Notes: generated by a model not told the origin, from the letters alone. A stretch of DNA of 64,000 bases from an uncultured delta proteobacterium (GCA_963832165.1 CAWHTE010000004.1:544001-608000), one strand, 5' to 3'. Positions 48,842-61,366 are shown, numbered from the stretch's first letter. Program-made: numbers and translations.

Positions 48842-50418
48842 CGAATCTGCGCTGGCGCATCGCTGCGGTGAGCGCGCTCGTGCTCTGGTTCAGCTTCCTC
48901 ACGGTGGCGAACTTCGTGCCGAAGGAGCAGCGCGTCGCGAGCCCGCTCCTCCCCGACGATGGGATGCGCCTCGGACTCGATCTGCAGGGCGGCATCCACT
49001 GGGTGCTCGGCGTGAAGCTCGAAGAAGCCGAGCACCAGGAGCTCTCGTTCCTGCGCGAGAGCCTGGAGGCCGCCGCACGCGACGACGACTTCACGCTGGA
49101 GTCGGTGGGGGTGGAGGGCAACCGGCTGGTGGTCACCGCGGGCCCGACCGCCGTCGAGAAGGTGCGCGAGTGGGTCAAGGGGACGGGAGCGCTCACGGAG
49201 CAGGCCACCGGCAACCGTCTCGAGTACACCCTCACCTCCGATGCCGTCGCGGCGGTCCGGAAGCGCGGCATGGACCAGGTGCTCGAGGTGCTGCGGCAGC
49301 GCATCAGCGATCCGATCAAGGGCATCGCGGACTCGGTGGTCACGCTCCAGGGCGCGGACCGCGTGCTGGTGCAGATCCCGGGCGGCCAGGTCGATCGCGC
49401 CAGCGCTCGCGAGCTCTTGCGCGTCACCGGCTTCCTCGAGTTCAAGATCGTGATGGATCAGGCGCAGAACGAGGAGCTCCTGCACGCGAAGTATCCCGAC
49501 GGTTTCCCGGCCGGCAGCGAAATCGGCACCGAGCGCGACAAGGAGACCGACCGGGTCCTGACGGCCTATCTGCTGCCCGCGGAACCGAACCTCACGGGCG
49601 ACTATCTCAAGGACGCGCGGGTGAGCTTCGACCGCCAGCAGCGCCCGATCGTGACGTTCCAGTTCAACAGCGAAGGCGGGCGGATCTTCGGCGAGCTCAC
49701 CGAATCGCACATCGGCGACCAGCTCGCGATCGTGCTCGACGACCGTGTCTACAGCGCGCCGAACATCCGATCGCGGATCGGCTCGAGCGGACAGATCGAG
49801 GGGCGCTTCACGACCCAGGAGGCCGCCGATCTCGCCGTAGTGCTGCGCTCCGGCTCGCTGCCGATTCCGGTCGCGATCGAGGAGGAGCGCACGATCGGCC
49901 CGGCCCTGGGCGCCGACTCGATCCGCCACGGCATCCAGGCCTCGGTGGCCAGCCTGCTCGCCGTGCTCGTCTTCGCGGTGGTCTACTACCGGATGTCGGG
50001 CGTGTACGCGACGATCGCGATCACGGTCGGCATGATCTCGATCATCGGCCTGATGGCGATGTCCAAGGCGACGCTCACGATGCCGGGGATCGCCGGGCTC
50101 GTGCTCACGGTCGGCATGGCGATCGACGGCAACGTGCTGATCTTCGAGCGCATCCGCGAGGAGCTGAAAGGCGGCAAGACGCCGCGCGCCGCGATCAAGG
50201 CGGGCTTCAGCCGCGCGCTGTATCCGATCGTAGACGGACACGTCACCGCGATGATCACGGCGCTGGTGCTCTACGAGTACGGCACCGGTCCGATCAAGGG
50301 GTTCGCGGTCACGCTGGCGCTCGGCCTGGTCGCGACCGTCTTCCAGGCGGTGATCGTCAACCGCCTTCTCTACGCCATCTACCCCGGCGACCGCCAGGTG
50401 GCCACATTGTCGATCTGA
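48838..50418 (+). CDS. secD: Protein translocase subunit SecD
   Basis: LGLDLQGG, LAIVLD, LRSGSLP, IGPALG, LTMPGIAG, GPIKGFA. Confidence 0.96.
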   Translation: MTNLRWRIAAVSALVLWFSFLTVANFVPKEQRVASPLLPDDGMRLGLDLQGGIHWVLGVKLEEAEHQELSFLRESLEAAARDDDFTLESVGVEGNRLVVTAGPTAVEKVREWVKGTGALTEQATGNRLEYTLTSDAVAAVRKRGMDQVLEVLRQRISDPIKGIADSVVTLQGADRVLVQIPGGQVDRASARELLRVTGFLEFKIVMDQAQNEELLHAKYPDGFPAGSEIGTERDKETDRVLTAYLLPAEPNLTGDYLKDARVSFDRQQRPIVTFQFNSEGGRIFGELTESHIGDQLAIVLDDRVYSAPNIRSRIGSSGQIEGRFTTQEAADLAVVLRSGSLPIPVAIEEERTIGPALGADSIRHGIQASVASLLAVLVFAVVYYRMSGVYATIAITVGMISIIGLMAMSKATLTMPGIAGLVLTVGMAIDGNVLIFERIREELKGGKTPRAAIKAGFSRALYPIVDGHVTAMITALVLYEYGTGPIKGFAVTLALGLVATVFQAVIVNRLLYAIYPGDRQVATLSI

Positions 50419-50436
50419 CCAGGAAGGATCCCACCC

Positions 50437-51438
50437 GTGCCCTTCTTCGAGCTGATCAAACCCAACACGCGCATCGATTTCGTCGGGCAGACGAAGTACG
50501 CGATCGCGCTCTCGCTGCTGATCGTGGCGGCCGCCGTGGCAGCGATGTTCGTGCGCGAGCCCCCGGTGCGCCTGGGGATCGACTTCACCGGCGGCCTCGA
50601 GATGCAGGTCAGCTTCACGGAGGGCGCCGCCGTCGACGAGGCCCGGATCCGCGAGGTGCTCGCCGGCTTCGATCTCGCGGATGCCGAAGTGATTCGCGTC
50701 GGCGAAGGCTCCGAGGGCGACTACCTGGTGCGCATGCACACGCGCTCGCTGGGCGACCAGAACGAGATGGTCGATCAGCTGCGCGAGGCGTTCGTGCAGC
50801 AGCTCGGCGGGATCGACTTGAAGAAGGAGAAGATCGGCTTCGTGGGTCCGAAAGTCGGCGAGGACCTGCGTCGCGACGGGATCGTCTCGCTGACGGTCGC
50901 GAGCCTGCTGCTCTTGATCTACATCGGCATCCGCTTCACGCCGATCTTCGCACCGGGCGCGATCGTGGCGCAGGTCCACGACGTCATCGTCACGGCGGCC
51001 CTGCTCGTGATCTTGGGCTGCGAGTTCGATCTCACCGTGCTCGGCGCGCTGCTCGCGATCCTCGGCTACAGCATCAACGACAAGATCGTCGTCTACGACC
51101 GCATTCGCGAGAACCTGGCGCTCCACACCGCCTACGACTTCCCGAACATGGTCAACGACAGCCTGAACCAGACGCTGTCGCGGACCATCCTCACCGGTGG
51201 CACCGCGATCTTCTCGTCGTTCGCGCTGTATTTCTGGGGCGGGCCCGTGATCGCGACCTTCGGGCTCGCGATGGCGCTCGGGATCATCGTCGGCACGTAT
51301 TCGTCGCTCTACATCACGACGCCGATCCTGCTCTGGCTGCACAAGCGCTACGGCAAGCAGATCGCCGCGTCTGGATCGGGAAAGAAGGGCGGCAAGCGCG
51401 GCCCCGAGGGCGACCGGCGCGCGGGGCGCGTCGCCTAG
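50437..51438 (+). CDS. secF: Protein translocase subunit SecF
   Basis: GIDFTGG, VGPKVG, HDV, GYSIND..VVYDRIREN, GTYSS. Confidence 0.96.
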   Translation: MPFFELIKPNTRIDFVGQTKYAIALSLLIVAAAVAAMFVREPPVRLGIDFTGGLEMQVSFTEGAAVDEARIREVLAGFDLADAEVIRVGEGSEGDYLVRMHTRSLGDQNEMVDQLREAFVQQLGGIDLKKEKIGFVGPKVGEDLRRDGIVSLTVASLLLLIYIGIRFTPIFAPGAIVAQVHDVIVTAALLVILGCEFDLTVLGALLAILGYSINDKIVVYDRIRENLALHTAYDFPNMVNDSLNQTLSRTILTGGTAIFSSFALYFWGGPVIATFGLAMALGIIVGTYSSLYITTPILLWLHKRYGKQIAASGSGKKGGKRGPEGDRRAGRVA

Positions 51439-51466
51439 CGCAGTGCCTTTCATGCCATAATGCGGC

Positions 51467-52552
51467 ATGAGGCCTCGGCCGTTGGCCGGTCGGTGGGGTT
51501 GCGCGCTGGCGATCGGGCTCGCGGCGCTGCTCTCATCGGGCGCATCCGCCGCGCCCTGCGCGGACGATGACTTCGCGGGAACGCTGGGCTGTAGTTCGGG
51601 CGATGTGGTGCTGAGCGAGCTCTCGGTGACGTCGATCGTCGACGGCTGCGACTACATCGGGGACACCGCGAACCTCACGGTGCGCGCGCAGATCACGACC
51701 ATCGCCGCGACCCGTTACGACATCGGCATCTACCTCGCGGTCGATGGCGGCCATGCGCTCGTGGGCGCGTGTCACCACGACTACCTGCCGGCGCCCCCCT
51801 TCTTCAGCGCGGAGAGTGCCGGCGATGTGTGTGGCGACACCACTTCGATCGCGTCTCCCGTTCTGGCCGACCTCGGTTCTCCGATCACCATCCCCTGCAC
51901 CGATGCCGATCAGGACGGTGCGGCCGAGGTCCGCGGGCTGTTGAGCTGGGACAACAACGCTTCGAACGGCACCAGCGTGCCGCACTGCCTGGGCCTCGCC
52001 GATGCGATCCCGCACAGCGCGATCAGGTGCAGTCCGTCGGGTCTGCACAACATCGTGGGCCTGCCGGTCCCGACGCAATCGATCGAAGTACGCAAGGAAG
52101 TGGTCGACGGCGATCCCGCGGACCAGTTCGCGCTGCAGATCGACGGGGAGACGCACGCGATCACGACGCAGTTCGGGACGACGGGGCCCATTCCTGTGTC
52201 CGGTGCGGTCTCCCACACCGTCGCGGAGCTCGCCGGCGACGAAGAGACGGATCTCGCCGACTACGATTCCGCGATCGAGTGCCTCGACCTGGTCGGCACC
52301 TGCACGGACGATCTCATCACGCGGTGTGTCGCCGACGCGATGTGCACCACTGGCGTCTGCGATCTCGGGCCGTTCCTCGTGGCGAGCTGCAGCGACTGCA
52401 CGTCGCTGAACGTCGCCGTGCCAAACGCTCAGTCGACGATCCAGTGCACGATCACGAACTCACCCGAGCCGGGCCGGCTCGCGATGCTCGTCGCGGGCGC
52501 GGCTTCGGTGTGGCTGCTGGCGCGGCGGCGGAGACCCGTCCGCGGGAGCTAG
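51467..52552 (+). CDS. Cys-rich PEP-CTERM-type surface protein
   Basis: Signal peptide (ASA), many Cys/Asp/Thr, C-terminal SPEPGRLAMLVAGAASVWLLARRRR. Confidence 0.8.
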   Translation: MRPRPLAGRWGCALAIGLAALLSSGASAAPCADDDFAGTLGCSSGDVVLSELSVTSIVDGCDYIGDTANLTVRAQITTIAATRYDIGIYLAVDGGHALVGACHHDYLPAPPFFSAESAGDVCGDTTSIASPVLADLGSPITIPCTDADQDGAAEVRGLLSWDNNASNGTSVPHCLGLADAIPHSAIRCSPSGLHNIVGLPVPTQSIEVRKEVVDGDPADQFALQIDGETHAITTQFGTTGPIPVSGAVSHTVAELAGDEETDLADYDSAIECLDLVGTCTDDLITRCVADAMCTTGVCDLGPFLVASCSDCTSLNVAVPNAQSTIQCTITNSPEPGRLAMLVAGAASVWLLARRRRPVRGS

Positions 52553-53061
52553 GCGCCAGCGGTACCCGTGAGGCGGCGCGTCTCGGCCTGCGACGGCGCA
52601 TGCGCGGCTGCACCGGCCTTCGACGTCATCTGGATCGAGCCGTTCACGACCGCGCCCTCGGCGACGATCAGCCGCGGCGCGATAACGTCGCCCTCGACGA
52701 TGCCGGTGGCCTGGATCTCGACGCGCTCCGTGCCGCGCACGTTGCCGGACACGCGCCCGATCACCACGACGGACTTCGCCTGGACTTCGGCCTTGATCGA
52801 GCCGTTCGCGCCGATCGTGAGCTGGCTGTTGGGCAGTGTGACCTTGCCCTCCACCTTGCCCTCGATCACGAGGTCTTCTTCGCCCGTCAGATCGCCCGAG
52901 ATCGTGATCGACTTGCCGATATTCGCCATGTCTGCCTTTCCCTCACGTTCCCGGTACTGCACCGGGGTCGACGCGGGCTCGAAGCGCTGCGCCGCTGTGG
53001 ATGAACCGTTGAACGCGTCCACCGCGCTCTCCCGCTCGTCCTTCTTCCCGAACAAACTCAC
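52549..53061 (-). CDS. Bactofilin (polymer-forming cytoskeletal protein)
   Basis: IGKSITISGDLTGEEDLVIEGKVEG..GAVVNGSIQM beta-helix. Confidence 0.93.
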   Translation of the reverse strand: MSLFGKKDERESAVDAFNGSSTAAQRFEPASTPVQYREREGKADMANIGKSITISGDLTGEEDLVIEGKVEGKVTLPNSQLTIGANGSIKAEVQAKSVVVIGRVSGNVRGTERVEIQATGIVEGDVIAPRLIVAEGAVVNGSIQMTSKAGAAAHAPSQAETRRLTGTAGA

Positions 53062-53094
53062 TTCACGTCGCTCCAGTGGGGGTGCGGGGGCAGC

Positions 53095-54900
53095 TTACCG
53101 CAGGGTTTCGACCTCAGCGATGTTGATATTGCGGTTGCGCAGGAGCGTGCCCTGGGCTCGGTCGAGCGCCGTCACGGAGGTGCGATAGGCCCGGAACGCG
53201 CCGATCTCGTCGCGCTCGCGCGCCACGAGCGCCTCCTCGCGCTGCAACACGTCGAACGGCGTCGATTCACCGTACTCGAGGCGGATCTGCTCGGCGCGCA
53301 GCTGCTCCGACGCCGCTTCGCGCGCGCTGCGCGCGGCCAGGATCCCCTCCTGGGACGCCTTGAGGTTGCGCGCGGCCTGCCGCACCTCGATCACGATCTG
53401 CTGCTCGAGCCGGTGCACGCTCGTGCGCGCGCGCAGCAGCTCGAGCTCGCTCCTCGACGCGTTCGCGCGCGCGGTGCGGTTCGGGAACGGGATGCTCACG
53501 CGCGCGCCCGCGATGTACTGCGGATAGTCCTCGTAGTCGTCGACGCTGTCGTCGAAATCGCCCGGGAAGCGGTTCGAAGGCGGGTTCAGCGCGCAGGCGA
53601 TCGGGTCCGCCGCGAAACGGCACGCGGTCGTCGCATTCTGCTCTCCGGCGAGACCGGTCTGGCCGAAGCGGAAGACGCCATCGAGCGCGGGCAGCCGTTG
53701 ATTCCGCGTGAACGCGAGCTGGACCTCCGAGCGCTGGAGCTCCTTGTCGGCGGCCGACAGCTCGGGGCGATGCTCGAACGCGCTGCTCACGGCCCCCTCC
53801 ACGTCGACCTCGTAGGGCGTGAAGTCGTCGGGGCGATCGGTGGGCCGGATCTCGAGCGTGGAGCTCGCGCGCAGGTTGGGGCCGAGCACGAGGTCGATCA
53901 GCACGTCCTGCTGATTGCGGTACTGATTCTCCGCGCGGATGAGCTCGACCTGGCGCTGGGAGACACCGGCCTCGGCCTCGGTGACCTCTACCTTGGAGAC
54001 CACACCCACCTCGAACTGCGTCTTGGTCTGCTCGCGCAGCACGTCCGCCGTCTCGAGGCTCTTCTTCGCGACGCGCAGCGCCTCCTCGTTGGCGATCAGG
54101 TTCCAGTAGGCGTCCTCGATCTTCTGCACCTCGTCCATCACCGCGCGGTGGAAGTCGTCTTCACTCGATCCGTGCAGCAGCCGGGCGCTGCGCACGCGGG
54201 TCCAGGGCTCGTTCCAGATCAGATTGCGGAGCACGGGCTGCGTGACGGCCACCGACCAGCCCGAGTCGTATCGGGGCGAGAGCGTCTCCGCGAGGGAGTT
54301 CGTGACGGAGCGGCCTCCGTCGAACTGGGCGGAGAACTGGGTGCTCGTGATCGGCAGGACTCCGCGCAGCCCGCCGAACCCTTCGGTGGAGCGATTCACA
54401 TTCGTCGTCACGCCCGTGATCGCGAAGCTGTTCGGGGTCCTCGTGTCGTTGTAGGTGAGCTCCGCGAACAGCTCGGGGTCGTACACGCCCCACGCGGCCG
54501 TGAGGTCGAGGTCGGCGATCATGGGCGAATAGCGCTCGATCTGGACGTCGAGGTTGTTCTCGAGCCCCATGCGAACGGCGTCGTGGAGTGTGAGCTCGAG
54601 CGTGCCGTGGAGCAGCGGCGCGGGCGCTTCCGCTTCGGGCTGCGCCGCTGCCTCGGGCGGCGGTGCGACGGCCTCGGGCTCGAGGGCCGGCTCGGCGGCC
54701 GGCTCTTCGACCGGCGGCGCCGCGGGCTCCTCGACGGGCTCTGCGGCGGGCTCTTCCGCCGGCTCCGCGATCGGCTGCTGAGCGCGATACAGGCCCTCGG
54801 GCGACTGCTCGGCCGGTGCGACGGGCTCTTCGCCGCGGGCGATCGGAGCGAGCGCGAGCGCGGCGAGCAGGGCGACGAGCCACGGCCTACGAACGGACAT
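53095..54900 (-). CDS. TolC family outer membrane efflux protein with Pro/Glu/Ala-rich N-terminal linker
   Basis: Signal peptide; LTLHDAVRMGLENN, TQPVLR, AYWNL, RPEL, GESTPFDVL. Confidence 0.9.
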   Translation of the reverse strand: MSVRRPWLVALLAALALAPIARGEEPVAPAEQSPEGLYRAQQPIAEPAEEPAAEPVEEPAAPPVEEPAAEPALEPEAVAPPPEAAAQPEAEAPAPLLHGTLELTLHDAVRMGLENNLDVQIERYSPMIADLDLTAAWGVYDPELFAELTYNDTRTPNSFAITGVTTNVNRSTEGFGGLRGVLPITSTQFSAQFDGGRSVTNSLAETLSPRYDSGWSVAVTQPVLRNLIWNEPWTRVRSARLLHGSSEDDFHRAVMDEVQKIEDAYWNLIANEEALRVAKKSLETADVLREQTKTQFEVGVVSKVEVTEAEAGVSQRQVELIRAENQYRNQQDVLIDLVLGPNLRASSTLEIRPTDRPDDFTPYEVDVEGAVSSAFEHRPELSAADKELQRSEVQLAFTRNQRLPALDGVFRFGQTGLAGEQNATTACRFAADPIACALNPPSNRFPGDFDDSVDDYEDYPQYIAGARVSIPFPNRTARANASRSELELLRARTSVHRLEQQIVIEVRQAARNLKASQEGILAARSAREAASEQLRAEQIRLEYGESTPFDVLQREEALVARERDEIGAFRAYRTSVTALDRAQGTLLRNRNINIAEVETLR

Positions 54901-55002
54901 GCGGAGGATCCTCCGTGGGCGCAACGGGTGCCCGACTCTACCAATCGATTCGCGTGCGGAGAAGCGCCTCAGGTCGATAGTTTGCTTGGCTATCTTGGCC
55001 CC

Positions 55003-55671
55003 ATGCGCGTAGCGGCGATCGTGGTGGCGGCGGGGCGCGGCGAGCGGCTCGGGCACGCGCTGCCCAAGGCGTTGGTGCCGCTGCGCGGCCGCACGCTGCT
55101 CGGGCACGCGGTGGCCGCGCTCGCGGCCAGCGATCGTGTGGACGCGGTGCTTCCGGTGCTGCCGCCCGGGATGGAAGCGCCGCGCGACGCGGCGCACGCG
55201 AAGCTGCTCGCGGCCGTCGCCGGCGGCGAGCGGCGCCAGGACTCGGTCGCCGCGGGGCTGGCCGCGTTGCCCGATGGCGTCGAATGGGTGGCTGTGCACG
55301 ACGCCGCGCGCGCGCTGGTGCGAACCGACGCCGTGACGCGTGTGATCGACGCGGCGATCCGCCACGGCGCCGCGCTGCTCGTGGTTCCCGCGCGCGACAC
55401 CGTCAAGCGCGTGCGCGCGGGAGTCGTCGTGGAGACCCCACCCCGCGAGGAGTGCTTCGCTGCGCAGACACCCCAGGTGTTCCGGGTCGGACTGCTGCGC
55501 GAGGCGCTCGAGAAGGCGCGCGCGGAGGGCCGCACCGCGACCGACTGTGCGCAGCTGGTCGAGGCGCTCGGCGTGCGCGTGCACGTGGTGCCGGGCGACT
55601 CCGACAACTGGAAGATCACCGATTCCGACGACCTCGCGGCCGCGGAGCGCGTGCTGGAGGCGCGGAGATGA
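55003..55671 (+). CDS. ispD: 2-C-methyl-D-erythritol 4-phosphate cytidylyltransferase
   Basis: [34 protein letters not shown]. Confidence 0.95.
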   Translation: MRVAAIVVAAGRGERLGHALPKALVPLRGRTLLGHAVAALAASDRVDAVLPVLPPGMEAPRDAAHAKLLAAVAGGERRQDSVAAGLAALPDGVEWVAVHDAARALVRTDAVTRVIDAAIRHGAALLVVPARDTVKRVRAGVVVETPPREECFAAQTPQVFRVGLLREALEKARAEGRTATDCAQLVEALGVRVHVVPGDSDNWKITDSDDLAAAERVLEARR

Positions 55672-56149
55672 TCGGCATGCGGATCGGACACGGCTTCGAT
55701 ACCCACGCGCTCGTGGCCGACCGGCCGCTCGTGCTCGGGGGGATCGCGATCCCGCACGAGCGAGGCCTCGAAGGCCACTCCGACGGCGACGTGCTGCTGC
55801 ACGCGGTCACGAGTGCGCTGCTCGGCGCGATGGGCGAGGGGGACCTCGGCATGCACTTCCCGTCGAGCGATCCTTCGCTGCGCGGGATCGCGAGCCGCGA
55901 GCTCGTCGCGCGCGCGGCGACGCTCATGCGCGAGCACAAGCTCGTGCTCGGGAACCTCGATGCCACGCTCGTGGCGCAGGTGCCGCGCCTCGCGCCGCAC
56001 CTGCCCGAGATGCGCGCCGTGATCGCCGACCTGCTCGACACCGACGCCGAGCGCGTGAACGTGAAGGCCACCAGCACCGATCACCTCGGCCACCTCGGGC
56101 GCGGGGAGGGGATCGCCGCGTTCGCGGTGGTGCTGCTCGAGCCCGCGCG

Positions 56150-56153
<4 letters not shown>
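55668..56153 (+). CDS. ispF: 2-C-methyl-D-erythritol 2,4-cyclodiphosphate synthase
   Basis: [31 protein letters not shown]. Confidence 0.96.
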
Positions 56154-58141
<1,988 letters not shown>

Positions 58142-58347
58142 CGGTCTTCCCGGTTGCCCTGGCCGGGCGGATGTTTCGTCGCTCCGGCACGGGCTTCGGC
58201 AGGGCGGCGGAGCTGCGCCGCGTTCGAGCCGAGGTCTGCCGGGAGGTTCGCGCCGCCCGCTCGCCTGCGCCCGTACCTGCGCGACAGATCATCGCGCCCG
58301 GCCCAGTCGTTGGGAGGCAGCGCGTTTCGATCGGATAGGCTTTCGCC

Positions 58348-60216
58348 ATGTCTCTCGCCGACCGGGCCGACCGGCTGCCGACGACGCCGGGCGTGTATCT
58401 GTTCAAGAACGCGCGCGGTGGAGTGCTCTACGTGGGCAAGGCGCAGAATCTGCGCAGCCGCGTGAAGCAGTACGTGCTCGGCGGCGACGGGCGCGTCTCG
58501 ATGCCGGCGCTGCTCGAGCGCGCGCACGACGTCGACGTGGTGGTGACGCCGAGCGTGAAGGACGCGCTCCTGCTCGAGAACGAGCTGATCAAGCGCCACA
58601 AGCCGCCGTTCAACGTGCGGCTGCGGGACGACAAGCAGTACCTGGCGCTGCGGCTCGATCCCCGCGAGACGTGGCCGCGCCTGCGCGAGGTGCGCAAGTT
58701 CGCCGACGACGGCGCCGCCTACTTCGGCCCCTACACCTCGAGCGTCGCGATGCACGAGGCGCTCTCGAACCTGCGACGGATCTTCCCGCTGCGCTCGTGC
58801 AGCGAGGGAACGTTCAAGGACTACGCCCGGCGAGGCCGGCCCTGTATCGAGTTCGAGATGAAGCGCTGTCTCGCGCCGTGCTGCGGGCGCGTCGACGAGC
58901 CGACCTACGCCGATCTCGTGAGCGGCACCGCGATGTTCCTGCGCGGAAAGTCGACCGAGCTCGTGAACGGGCTGCGCGGGCGCATGTCCGCTGCGGCCGA
59001 GGCCGAGCGATTCGAGGAGGCCGCGCGGCTGCGCGACCGGATCGATGCGGTCGAGCGCACCGTCGAGCGCCAGCAGATCGTGGGATTGCGGCGCGCCGAC
59101 CGCGACGTGTTCGGGCTCGCGCGCCGCGGCGGCGACGTCGAGGTGCACGTGCTGCACGTGCGCGAGGGGCGCGTGATCGGCGCCCAGGGCTATCCGCTCG
59201 ACGCGGTGGCGCTCGACGACGGCGAGGTGATGAGCTCGTTCCTGGCCCAGTACTACGCGGTGTCCGCGGGGCGGCCGATCCCGGGCGAGATCGTGGCGCC
59301 CGCGACGAGCGAGGACGGCGGCGCGCTCGAGAGCTGGCTCTCGGAGCGCGCGGAGGGGCGCGTCGAGGTGCGCGTGCCGCAGCGCGGCGCGCTGCGCGAT
59401 CTGCTCGCGATGGCGCACAGCAACGCGGAGCTCGGCCTCGCGCATCGCCTCGAGGCGCAGGAGAGCGTGGCGGCGGCGCTCGCGGAGGTCGGCGAGGCGC
59501 TGGGCCTGCCCGCGCCGCCGCGCCGGATCGAGGGCTACGACATCTCCACGCTGCACGGGACGCTCACGGTCGGGAGCCGTGTCGTGTTCGTGGACGGCCT
59601 GCCCGAGAAGAGCGACTACCGGCACTACCGGATCCGCGAGGCGCCGTTCGACGACGACTACGCGTGCCTGCGCGAGGTGATCGGCCGGCGGCTCGCGCGC
59701 GCCGAGCGCGAGCCGCTGCCGGATCTGCTGCTGATCGACGGTGGCAAGGGCCAGCTCGCAGTGGTCCTCGCGGCGCTCTCGGACGCGGGGATCACCGCGC
59801 AGGCGGCGTCGATCGCGAAGGAGAAGGATGAGTTGTCGTCCTCGCCGAGGGTGAAGCGCTCGGGCGGGCTCAAGGCCGAGCGCATCTTCCTGCCGAACCG
59901 CAAAGACCCGATCGCCCTGCCGTCGAGCTCGCGCGCGCTGCTCCTGCTGCAGCGCGTGCGCGACGAGTCGCACCGGTTCGCGATCGAGTTCCAGCGCAAG
60001 CTGCGCTCGAAGCAGAACTTCGCGTCGATCCTCGAGGAGCTGCCCGGGATCGGGCCGACCAAGCGGCGCGCGCTGATCGGCGCGCTCGGCTCCCTGCGCG
60101 CCGTGCGCGAGGCGCCGCCCGAGGCGCTCGCGGGCGTGCCGGGCATCTCGCGCCGCGACGCGCAGACGATCGCGGGCTTCTTCGCCGCGATGGCCCGCCC
60201 GCCCGATTCTTCGTAG
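58348..60216 (+). CDS. uvrC: Excinuclease ABC subunit C
   Basis: GIY-YIG PGVYLF..YVGKA, FEEAARLRD, DGGKGQ, RDESHRFA, HhH. Confidence 0.97.
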   Translation: MSLADRADRLPTTPGVYLFKNARGGVLYVGKAQNLRSRVKQYVLGGDGRVSMPALLERAHDVDVVVTPSVKDALLLENELIKRHKPPFNVRLRDDKQYLALRLDPRETWPRLREVRKFADDGAAYFGPYTSSVAMHEALSNLRRIFPLRSCSEGTFKDYARRGRPCIEFEMKRCLAPCCGRVDEPTYADLVSGTAMFLRGKSTELVNGLRGRMSAAAEAERFEEAARLRDRIDAVERTVERQQIVGLRRADRDVFGLARRGGDVEVHVLHVREGRVIGAQGYPLDAVALDDGEVMSSFLAQYYAVSAGRPIPGEIVAPATSEDGGALESWLSERAEGRVEVRVPQRGALRDLLAMAHSNAELGLAHRLEAQESVAAALAEVGEALGLPAPPRRIEGYDISTLHGTLTVGSRVVFVDGLPEKSDYRHYRIREAPFDDDYACLREVIGRRLARAEREPLPDLLLIDGGKGQLAVVLAALSDAGITAQAASIAKEKDELSSSPRVKRSGGLKAERIFLPNRKDPIALPSSSRALLLLQRVRDESHRFAIEFQRKLRSKQNFASILEELPGIGPTKRRALIGALGSLRAVREAPPEALAGVPGISRRDAQTIAGFFAAMARPPDSS

Positions 60217-60255
60217 GGCGGGAGAAGCGAGCGCGACGCGCGAGCGGATCCCGCC
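60213..60255 (+). repeat. GTAG-family REP-like element
   Basis: GTAG-GGCGGGA...TCCCGCC; its TAG is the uvrC stop codon. Confidence 0.8.
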
Positions 60256-60286
60256 ACAGCCGCCCCAGCCAAAGAGGAGCTTCCCC

Positions 60287-60937
60287 TTGCTCGACCTCAC
60301 CCCCGACGAGCTGCTCACCACCACGCGCACGGTCCGGAAGCGGCTCGACTTCGACCAGCCGGTGCCGCGCAAGCTGATCGAGGAGTGCCTCGCGATCGCG
60401 TTCCAGGCGCCCAACGGCGGCAACATGAACACCTGGTGCTGGATCGCGGTCGACGACGCTGTGACGATCCGTGAACTCGCGCGCCTGTACAACCAGGGTC
60501 TCGACGACTTCATCGCGACGTTCGGCGAGGCGGGCTATCCGGGCGCGCGCGTGCCGGGTGCCGATCGGATCGAGAGCTCGACCACCCACCTGCGCGAGAA
60601 CCTCCACCGCGCGCCCGTCGTGTTGTTGCCGCTGATCGCGGGCCGCACCGACCAGGGAGCCAACGTGTTCTTCCAGGCCAGTCAGTGGGGCTCGATCGTG
60701 CAGGCGATCTGGAGCTTCATGCTCGCACTGCGCGCACGCGGGCTCGGCAGCGCCTGGACCACGGGGCACCTCTGGCGCGAGCACGAGGTCGCCGAGCTGC
60801 TCGGCATCCCGTACGCGCACTTCATGCAGACGGGTCTGTTCCCGGTCGCCTACACGCTCGGCACGCAGTTCAAGCCCGCTCAGCGCAAGCCGGTGGCCGA
60901 GGTCGTGCGCTGGAACGGCTTCGAGGAGAGGGCGTGA
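60287..60937 (+). CDS. Nitroreductase family protein
   Basis: LTTTRTVRKRL, QAPNGGN, LALRARGLGSAWT; GAGGAG RBS before TTG. Confidence 0.92.
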   Translation: MLDLTPDELLTTTRTVRKRLDFDQPVPRKLIEECLAIAFQAPNGGNMNTWCWIAVDDAVTIRELARLYNQGLDDFIATFGEAGYPGARVPGADRIESSTTHLRENLHRAPVVLLPLIAGRTDQGANVFFQASQWGSIVQAIWSFMLALRARGLGSAWTTGHLWREHEVAELLGIPYAHFMQTGLFPVAYTLGTQFKPAQRKPVAEVVRWNGFEERA

Positions 60938-61359
60938 TGGGAATGTCGAACAAGGAAGTGGTGCGCACTTTCTTCGCAAGTCTCTGGAGCGACCCCGCGC
61001 TCGCGCGCTCGCTCGCGACCGACGACGTCACCTGGATCACCACGCGTTCGATGCCGATCCCCGGCAACGAGAAGACGATCTTTCACGTGGGATGGGACGC
61101 CGTGAAGAACGTCGCCGACAGCGGCAAGAACCTCGACGTGGGCTACGTCCCCGAGACCATGGAGCGTCCCCACGAGCTCTTCCTCGACGCCGAGGAGGAC
61201 CACGTCATCTACCAGTTCACGATGCGCTGCAAGACCCGGCGCGGACGCGACTACGAAAACGACTACCTCTTCCTCGTGAAGCTCGAAGGCGGGAAGATCC
61301 GCCGCTTCCAGGAGTACTGGGACTCGAAGCAGGCCTTCGAGCTTCTGTTCGGGGGTTAG
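60937..61359 (+). CDS. NTF2/SnoaL-like protein
   Basis: NKEVVRTFF, DDVTW, YENDYLF....GGKI...EYWDS. Confidence 0.88.
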   Translation: MGMSNKEVVRTFFASLWSDPALARSLATDDVTWITTRSMPIPGNEKTIFHVGWDAVKNVADSGKNLDVGYVPETMERPHELFLDAEEDHVIYQFTMRCKTRRGRDYENDYLFLVKLEGGKIRRFQEYWDSKQAFELLFGG

Positions 61360-61366
61360 GCCAAGC

